Assembly: GCA_963803805.1 (NCBI GenBank)
Contig: CAWDOD010000011.1
Coordinates: 96,001 to 160,000 of the forward strand
DNA from: an uncultured cyanobacterium
Lineage (GTDB): Bacteria > Cyanobacteriota > Cyanobacteriia > Cyanobacteriales > CAWCAG01
DNA length: 64,000 nucleotides
Direction: 5' to 3'
Every line of letters begins with the position of its first letter. The first letter of the stretch is position 1. The translations under genes and the position numbers were made by a program. This document shows, one piece after another, positions 57,235-64,000 of the stretch. The notes beneath the pieces were generated by a model that saw only the letters and a program-made list of their open reading frames with translations, did no database searches and was not told where the DNA came from.

Positions 57235-60200
57235 TCAAGCCTGAGTCATGCTTTCCATTAATATCTCCCCAGCCAACAATTTTTTAGCCGCATTGAGTAA
57301 AGTTGCTTCTACATAGGGTTTAGTGAAATAGCCCTTTGCACCTCGTTCTGCGGCTATTTTACGATGCTTTTGCGCCCCGCGAGAAGTTAGCATCGCCACA
57401 GGGAGTTTACTTAATTCCTCATCTTGTTGAAGATGAGCAAGTAAATCTAAACCATTCATCCTGGGCATTTCAATATCGCAAAAAGCCAGGTCGCACATTA
57501 ACCCATCTTGCAGTTTTTCCCAAGCTTCTTGACCATCCCTAGCTTGTTCAACACTATAACCAGCTTTAAGGAAAGTTTCTGAAAGTAGTTCCCGCACCAC
57601 AATAGAGTCATCAATAATTAATACCAAAGGTTCTTCTTGGCTAATTGTTTCTATGGATGCTGGTTTTTCTGGTTGTATTATGGCTTCTTCTACAGCTTGG
57701 GGTTCCTCAACACGGCTAACGCGAGTACTACCTTCAAGTAAGACTTCTCCTTGCATCATCCTCTGGGCCCCATCAAGGAGATTCTCTTCTAAATAGGGTT
57801 TGGTAAAGTAACCATTTGCCCCTAACTCAGCCGCCGCCTCTTTGTGTCTTGCTGCACCACGGGAGGTAAGCATGGCGATGGGTAAGTTTTTGAGTTGTTC
57901 ATCTTTTTGTAAGCGACCCAATAACTCTAAGCCATTCATTCTGGGCATTTCAATATCACAGAAAACAATATTGCAAGGCAGTCCGGAACGCAGTTTTTCC
58001 CAAGCTTCTTGCCCATCCCTAGCTTGTTCAACGCGATAGCCAGCTTTATTAAAAGTAATGGAAAGAAGTTCTCTTACGGTAATGGAGTCGTCTACTATCA
58101 ATACCATGGGTTCGCTTTGAGCCATTTCTAGGCTTGATTTCGCCGGAATACTGTTTTCTTGCCAAGTACCACCAGAGTTGCTGCGACCATGGAATAGATC
58201 CATTAATTCCAATACGTCGGCGATGGGCATGACTATACCATCTCCTAATACTGTAGCCCCAGCAATACCTAATGGTTTGGGTACAGGGCCTGCTAGTTGT
58301 TTGATTACAATTTCTTGTTCTTCCAAAACTTGGTCTACTTCAATAGCAATGAAGTTACCTGCACTACGTAAGACAAGAATAGAAATCAATTTATCTTGTC
58401 TCTTACCGCGATACATTTTCCTTCTTCCCAAGTAGCGATTATAGGTTAACAACTCGGTGATGGGCTTGAAAAGTAGTAGGCTATCTCGCCAATGAATAAA
58501 GGTTTCTCCTTGGGCATTGGTTTGTACTTGGTTAGCTGAGACATCAACTACATCTTCAACTCCATCCATAGGGAAGGCAATACTGGTATTCTCAACTCGA
58601 CAACAAAGTGCTGGGGAAATGCTTAGGTTCAAAGGTAGGCGAATGGTGAAGGTGGTTCCTTTGCCTAAATCTGAGTCGATAGCAACAGTACCGCGAATTT
58701 CCATAATACTGTTACGTACCACATCCATACCAACACCCCGCCCTGCAAAGTCGTCAGCTTTTTCGTTAGTGCTGAAACCGGGTTGGAATAGTAGGCTATA
58801 AACTTCTTGGTCGGAGAACTGTTGCGCTTCTACTGAAGAGATTAAACCTTTTTCTACGGCTTTGCGTCTGACCACATCTACAGGAATCCCCCCCCCATCA
58901 TCAGCAACGGTGATAATAGTTTGGTTGCCTTGGTGAAAAGCGGAAACTGTTATTTTTCCTTTCGGGGGCTTCCCTGCTTTCAGGCGCACTTCAGCAGGCT
59001 CAATGCCGTGGTAGAGAGCATTATTAACTAGGTGAGTGAGGGGGTCAGAAAGATGTTCTAAAATCATCTTATCAATGAGAGTTTCTCGCCCTTCTAGCTG
59101 GATTTCGGCTTGTTTGTTTAACTCTTGGGAAACTCGCTTAACAGCAATAGGTAAGCGGCTGGCAGTTCTGTCAAAGGGAACCATGCGGGCTTTGGTTAAA
59201 CCTTCTTGCATTTGACCTGTGACATGACGCAGATTTCTGGCTACTTGGTCAACTTCTTCTACAATTATGCCAATATCAGAAGCTGATTCTCTGACCCTAA
59301 CCACTAGTTCGATCATTTCTTGGGAAAGTAAGTGGAAGCCAGAGAAGCGGTCCATTTCTAGGGGATCATAACTTTGATCTCCAGATTCACCATTTCTACT
59401 AGGCCCTACGTCTATACCTACTGTGCCTCGGTTATGTCTTTGACGGCTGGCTAAGAGGGAGCTTTCTAGGAGTGATCGCTCGTATAAGTCCTGCATTCTC
59501 GACCCGACATCGCTTAAGTTACCTGCCTGTTGCAAAAGGTTATCTAAAGACTGACGCAGCATTTCTTGGTCTTTTTCTAAGCCGTTACGGTTAACGACTA
59601 GTTCCCCCATGAGGTTAATGAGGTTGTCGAGTTGTTTGACTGGAACTTTGAGGGTTTGCTCGAAAATACTGACTTTCTTTTGGGAATTTCCAGGGCTAGG
59701 ACGCTGCTGTCCTGAACGAGGTACGACACTGGGTGTTCCTCCCACCTGGCTTTCAATATCCTTAAGCAAGTCCTCTAGGTCGCCAAATTCGTCTTCTGAG
59801 TTGTTGCTATTGGGTTGAGGAGGGTTAGGTGAACTGGAGAGTTGAATATTTTGCTCTTGAGGTAAATCAGTGCCAACTGAGTTATGGAGGAAATTCTCTA
59901 ACTGCTCAAAAGTCCTAACCCCATTTAATTCAGCTAAGACTTTGGCTGTTGAGTCTTCTTGGATTAAGGCTTCTAATTCTTGAAAGGATGGGTAGTATTC
60001 TAAGGTTTCTTCTGTTGCTGACTCAAAAGAAGTTTCTGCTGTTTCAGGGACAGAATCCTCTTCATCCCAGTCAAAAAGAGATTCCAAGGATGCAGATTCT
60101 TCTATTTCTGTATCTATTTCTAGGTCTTGAGAATCATCTAATAGGGCATCTAAGTCATCTAAAGATACTTCTTCAGAAGATTGTAGATTGTTACTAGGGC

Positions 60201-60321
60201 TATCTTCTTCTAGGAAACTAAAATCAAGACTTAAATCATCGTCTTCCAGGTTTTCCAAAGATGTATCTAGCTCAAGGTTAAACTCTTCTTCCGCATTTTC
60301 TTTTGAATCATTAGAGATCAA
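57235..60321 (-). CDS. PilL/CheA-like kinase, C-terminal part (dimerisation, HATPase, CheW, REC, REC)
   Basis: LDNLINLMGELVV, HLVNNALYHG, DDGGGI and GRGVGMDVV; two FCDIEMP receiver domains. Confidence 0.85.
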   Translation of the reverse strand: MISNDSKENAEEEFNLELDTSLENLEDDDLSLDFSFLEEDSPSNNLQSSEEVSLDDLDALLDDSQDLEIDTEIEESASLESLFDWDEEDSVPETAETSFESATEETLEYYPSFQELEALIQEDSTAKVLAELNGVRTFEQLENFLHNSVGTDLPQEQNIQLSSSPNPPQPNSNNSEDEFGDLEDLLKDIESQVGGTPSVVPRSGQQRPSPGNSQKKVSIFEQTLKVPVKQLDNLINLMGELVVNRNGLEKDQEMLRQSLDNLLQQAGNLSDVGSRMQDLYERSLLESSLLASRQRHNRGTVGIDVGPSRNGESGDQSYDPLEMDRFSGFHLLSQEMIELVVRVRESASDIGIIVEEVDQVARNLRHVTGQMQEGLTKARMVPFDRTASRLPIAVKRVSQELNKQAEIQLEGRETLIDKMILEHLSDPLTHLVNNALYHGIEPAEVRLKAGKPPKGKITVSAFHQGNQTIITVADDGGGIPVDVVRRKAVEKGLISSVEAQQFSDQEVYSLLFQPGFSTNEKADDFAGRGVGMDVVRNSIMEIRGTVAIDSDLGKGTTFTIRLPLNLSISPALCCRVENTSIAFPMDGVEDVVDVSANQVQTNAQGETFIHWRDSLLLFKPITELLTYNRYLGRRKMYRGKRQDKLISILVLRSAGNFIAIEVDQVLEEQEIVIKQLAGPVPKPLGIAGATVLGDGIVMPIADVLELMDLFHGRSNSGGTWQENSIPAKSSLEMAQSEPMVLIVDDSITVRELLSITFNKAGYRVEQARDGQEAWEKLRSGLPCNIVFCDIEMPRMNGLELLGRLQKDEQLKNLPIAMLTSRGAARHKEAAAELGANGYFTKPYLEENLLDGAQRMMQGEVLLEGSTRVSRVEEPQAVEEAIIQPEKPASIETISQEEPLVLIIDDSIVVRELLSETFLKAGYSVEQARDGQEAWEKLQDGLMCDLAFCDIEMPRMNGLDLLAHLQQDEELSKLPVAMLTSRGAQKHRKIAAERGAKGYFTKPYVEATLLNAAKKLLAGEILMESMTQA

Positions 60322-62671
60322 GGCTCAATTCTTCTAAGGAACTATTGGTATCAAAACTAAAATCATCTTCTGAAGTACTATTCAACTCAGAAGATTGGTC
60401 GCTCAAATCCAAAGTATCTACGGTGAAATCTTCTTCAAAAACTTCCGTACTATTAATCTCCGCTAACTCCTCCCCATCTATATCTTGCTCTGGGGCATCG
60501 AGATTAAAAGAGAAATTATGATCTTCTCTAGGCTCTGAAAATGTATTATCCAGTTCAGAAGACTCGCGAGCTATTTCTTCTTCAAATAAATCATTTAGCT
60601 CTGTAAAATCAGAATCTTCTTGGGAATCAGCAAAAGCATCTAGATCAAAGGATTCTATGGCTGATATAGAAGATAAGTTGGTTTCGACTTCTGAAGAAGT
60701 TGCTGTTTGGGTATTTTCTGAGTCTAACAACTCACCAAAACCTAAAGCCCCAGTAGGTATATCATCGTTTCCCCAATCTGACCACTCTTGGGAATCATCT
60801 GAGCCAATAGCGAGGAGATCATCGAAGTTTTCTAATTCTCCCGATGAAGGCAACTCATCATCTAGAGACAGTTCTACTGAAGAGTCGGAACTAATGTCTA
60901 AAAGGTCATCAAAATCTTCTGCTTCATCAGTACTTGTCAATGGGGAGTTTGTTTCCTCGCCTAGTTCAGGTTCTACAAACTCATTTAAACTATCTGAATC
61001 TTGCTCTGGTTGTATACCAAAATCTTCATTTTCTGCATCGAAAGAAGATATTTCAGGCTCTAAGAAATCATCAAAGTTATTGGCATTTTCTTCTTCGCTA
61101 TCTAGAGCAAATAAGTCACCGAAGGCGGCTGTTTCTTCTAAAGCTAAAGAGTCACTATCTTCTTCGTTAGTGAAAGCCGTATCTATATCTAATACTTCCT
61201 CGTTGGCGTTGCTAATTTGTGTTTCACTTTCATCTAATTCAAATAAAGTATCTAAGTTGTCGAAAGTATCTGTTTGTTCTTCTTCATTTAACTCTTGTTC
61301 AACCGTACCTGAGATACCTTCTTCTTCGATATCTGCAAACAAAGCATTCAAATCATCTCCAGGATCTTCTTCCTCAGTTTCAGTAAAAGAGAATGCTGAT
61401 TCATCTAAACTTGTTGTTGCCGTTTCTTCAGTTGCAAAAGAAAAATCTTCAGTGTCTGAGTCTGAAGCAAAACTGCTACTAGAATTGAGATCAGCAACTT
61501 CGTCTAATCTTTCTGAAGGATCTACTTTACCGTTAGTTGTGGTTAAAGAGCTAGAAGTTGAGATTTCTTCAAAATCATCTTCAAAAAGATTAACTAAATT
61601 TTCAGCGCTGGAAATATCATCTTCTTCATCCAGATCGAGGAAAAGCTCATCAAAATCTCTTTCTTGTTCCTCCTCTTCTTCAAAGGAAGTCTCTTGAGAA
61701 CCAAATTCCCCACCAGAAGTTTCTCTTTCTATCACTTCTTCTACTTGCCAAGTATTTTCTAAATCAGGGGCTTCTTTTTCTTCAAATAAGTCGGCGAGGC
61801 TATTAATGGCTGCCATACCTACTTCTGGAGCGCGATTAGGGGTTTTGGATTGTTCTACTGGCAATAATACTTGTAGTTGCTCAGTGATAGTAATTTCTTG
61901 GCTCGAACCCGCTACAATCTTTTCCCTTGCTTGCTTAATTTCTTTGATAATTACACCAGCACAACTACGGTAGGAATTTTCGGCATTCGCGATCGCCTTT
62001 TTGCTTGCTTCTAGCAAGAGAACCCAAGGGGCAAGATCTCTTTCCTGACCTAAATCTGCCAAATCTTGACAATATTCTTGCCATTTTTGACGATTCTCCG
62101 CAGAGTCTGGCTGTTTATAGAGTCTCAGCATCTCTTTTAAGCACAGGAGGACTTGCTTATGAAAGTGCTGATCTACGGTTTGTTGATTTTGCTGGTGTCT
62201 AGAGGCCATAGGGGCTATTTCTCCATCTTCGGCTACTGTAGCTTTTGGAGCGGCGATTAGATTATTGAGATGATCTTCTAGCTGCTTAAATACTGGCTCA
62301 ACTTTAGACAAGGCATTTTGAGCAACTTCTGGAGTTAAGCCCTTTTGACTAGATAGTTCTTCGATGAGTTCTTGTAGAGTGATGAATAAACTCAGAAAAT
62401 AGGCTTCTAGTTTTTGATCTGGTGTGAAGGAAGAGTCCTGAAAGATTTTGAAGTAGTCTTCTAGACGATGGGAAATAGTCTGAATACTAGTCAATCCTAA
62501 CATTGCTGCTCCTCCCTTAATTGAATGAGCAGCCCTGAATAACTCGTCTACTATTTCTGTGTTTTGCAAAGTTGCAGCTAAATTCAGCAAACCACTTTCT
62601 ATGGTTTGGAGATGCTCTTGGGACTCCAATATGAAGTAATGTGTTATTTTCTTATGTTGTTCAGGCTGCAT
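60311..62671 (-). CDS. PilL/CheA-like kinase, N-terminal part (Hpt plus long acidic linker); out of frame with the C-part
   Basis: LFRAAHSIKGGAAM Hpt motif; D/E-rich low-complexity region; stop at 60311-60313. Confidence 0.85.
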   Translation of the reverse strand: MQPEQHKKITHYFILESQEHLQTIESGLLNLAATLQNTEIVDELFRAAHSIKGGAAMLGLTSIQTISHRLEDYFKIFQDSSFTPDQKLEAYFLSLFITLQELIEELSSQKGLTPEVAQNALSKVEPVFKQLEDHLNNLIAAPKATVAEDGEIAPMASRHQQNQQTVDQHFHKQVLLCLKEMLRLYKQPDSAENRQKWQEYCQDLADLGQERDLAPWVLLLEASKKAIANAENSYRSCAGVIIKEIKQAREKIVAGSSQEITITEQLQVLLPVEQSKTPNRAPEVGMAAINSLADLFEEKEAPDLENTWQVEEVIERETSGGEFGSQETSFEEEEEQERDFDELFLDLDEEDDISSAENLVNLFEDDFEEISTSSSLTTTNGKVDPSERLDEVADLNSSSSFASDSDTEDFSFATEETATTSLDESAFSFTETEEEDPGDDLNALFADIEEEGISGTVEQELNEEEQTDTFDNLDTLFELDESETQISNANEEVLDIDTAFTNEEDSDSLALEETAAFGDLFALDSEEENANNFDDFLEPEISSFDAENEDFGIQPEQDSDSLNEFVEPELGEETNSPLTSTDEAEDFDDLLDISSDSSVELSLDDELPSSGELENFDDLLAIGSDDSQEWSDWGNDDIPTGALGFGELLDSENTQTATSSEVETNLSSISAIESFDLDAFADSQEDSDFTELNDLFEEEIARESSELDNTFSEPREDHNFSFNLDAPEQDIDGEELAEINSTEVFEEDFTVDTLDLSDQSSELNSTSEDDFSFDTNSSLEELSLDL

Positions 62672-63054
62672 AACCGCCCCTTCTCCCTTTAAGAGCAAAT
62701 AGTTTGCTGAATATCGAGTTTTTTTAGTGACCGTAGTAAAACGATAAGATGATTTACGTTCTTTAGTTGACCTTAAGCCTAACTATTTATCAGCTTAGAT
62801 TCAATTACTCATGGCAGAAATTTCTCATAACTGACCATTTTAAATTATTATTTCGCCCAGAAGTAATTATGGTAGTATTGATGGGATTATTCACTCTCAA
62901 GTATAAATTACCTGCAATCTGGGGTTAGCTTAAATCTCCTGACCACCGAAGTAATTCAAGAGACTTTGATAACAATAAGGTTATTGAAACTTCTAAGTAA
63001 CAGCTTTACCCCATCTCAGGTGTTGCTAATACTCAAGGTTCGAGTTTAAGAAAA

Positions 63055-63324
63055 ATGAAGCTAAAACTTAATTCATTTCCCCATCTGATTCCTGGTGCAG
63101 TTTCGGATCTGTTTGCCCAGGCTAGTGGCTCTAAGCGTATCACCAAAGCTGACCGCTATGGCTTAATGGCAGCTATTTTAGCTGATTCTTTGAGTGAAGA
63201 AGAAAGAGCTTCTATCGATAGGCTAATCCGTTCTACTCGTCGAGGTAGAGTTAAGGTTGTTAATGATGTTTCTGCCATAGGGAACTCTGCTTCAGCAAGA
63301 GTAGGACGCAGGGAGATGGAGTGA
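63055..63324 (+). CDS. Small hypothetical protein of a type recurrent in cyanobacteria
   Basis: ITKADRYGLMAAIL..LSEEERASIDRL motif. Confidence 0.7.
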   Translation: MKLKLNSFPHLIPGAVSDLFAQASGSKRITKADRYGLMAAILADSLSEEERASIDRLIRSTRRGRVKVVNDVSAIGNSASARVGRREME

Positions 63325-63328
63325 GAAT

Positions 63329-64000
63329 TTAGTTTTCTACTCGATAACCAAACTCAGTTAAACGCATCCTTGATTGTCGCCATTTGGGTTGGATTTTAAC
63401 AAACAATTCTAAATAAACTTTGCCAGTAATCAGCTTTTGGATTTGCTGTCTGGCTGCTGAACCAATTTGTTTAAGCATACTTCCTTGCTTACCAATTAAA
63501 ATCCCTTTTTGGGAACTGCGTTCGACATGAATGATGGCAAAAACACGGGTTAATTGAGGTTGTTCTTCTACTTTCTCAATAACTATAGCTACAGAGTGAG
63601 GAATTTCTTGGCGAGTTAGCAATAGGATTTGTTCGCGAATTAATTCCCCCATAATAAATCTTTCTGGTTGGTCGGTAACTAAGTCAGGAGGATAATAATA
63701 AGGCCCAGGTTCTAAATAATCAACCAATAGTTTTTGTAGTTCTTTTAATCCTGCTCCTGTTAAGGCAGAAAATTTAGTTAAGGGAATATTTTTTTCTTTA
63801 GCTAACTGGCTATAACTACCATCAAGTAGTTGGCTGTCATGAGATTGGAGGTCTGTTTTATTTAAACCTAAAATAACCGGAGTTTCGGTTTTTTCTAACA
63901 GTTCAAAAATGAAGCGATCGCCCCCTCCTGCTTCTACAGAACTATCAACTAAAAATAGAATTAAATCTACTGAATTTATGGCTACTTGAGCATTTTTTAC
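63329..64000 (-). CDS. era: GTPase Era (5' part lies outside window)
   Basis: Frame is open to the window end; LNKTD, FSALTG, REQILLLTRQEIPHS and the KH segment QKGILIGKQG. Confidence 0.95.
   Translation of the reverse strand, partial: VKNAQVAINSVDLILFLVDSSVEAGGGDRFIFELLEKTETPVILGLNKTDLQSHDSQLLDGSYSQLAKEKNIPLTKFSALTGAGLKELQKLLVDYLEPGPYYYPPDLVTDQPERFIMGELIREQILLLTRQEIPHSVAIVIEKVEEQPQLTRVFAIIHVERSSQKGILIGKQGSMLKQIGSAARQQIQKLITGKVYLELFVKIQPKWRQSRMRLTEFGYRVEN

Larger units (their letters stand above)
5274..63921. repeat. HIP1 octamer GCGATCGC, dispersed
   Basis: Roughly 30 or more copies seen by eye across the window, in genes and intergenic DNA. Confidence 0.95.

Noticed and set aside
60657-61697. 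346-aa Ser-rich ORF on the + strand
   Set aside because: Antisense shadow of the GAA/GAT-rich acidic linker of the CheA gene; no independent features.

Overview
Chromosomal window from a cyanobacterium: the HIP1 octamer GCGATCGC is abundant, intergenic heptamer tandem repeats are common, and it carries mntCA, a psb35-like gene and a PilL-like CheA. Most of the window is housekeeping or signalling genes (hybrid kinase-adenylate cyclase, truB, pyk, anmK, queF, era, RND and CDF transporters, two Ser/Thr kinases, tandem REC-GGDEF genes). The standout is a ~17.6 kb block (28.6-46.2 kb) that looks like a cell-envelope polymer decoration locus. It has a divergent Sfp-type PPTase, then co-oriented FAAL, acyl-ACP dehydrogenase, ACP, MBOAT, SGNH/DltD-like protein, NdbB-like reductase, HTTM/DCC protein, a second MBOAT, an SGNH-like protein, a GT2-GtrA fusion and a frameshifted SGNH paralog. 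Both MBOATs end in the F(I/L)YFxF tyrosine acyl-shuttle motif. Other observations: a cytochrome P450 with an internal deletion, a split PilL-like CheA, a candidate sRNA, a half-receiver micro-ORF between duplicated cyclases, and ManR and HLR1 sites. No rRNA, tRNA, CRISPR array or intact transposase was seen. All family calls come from motif recognition by eye, not database searches.
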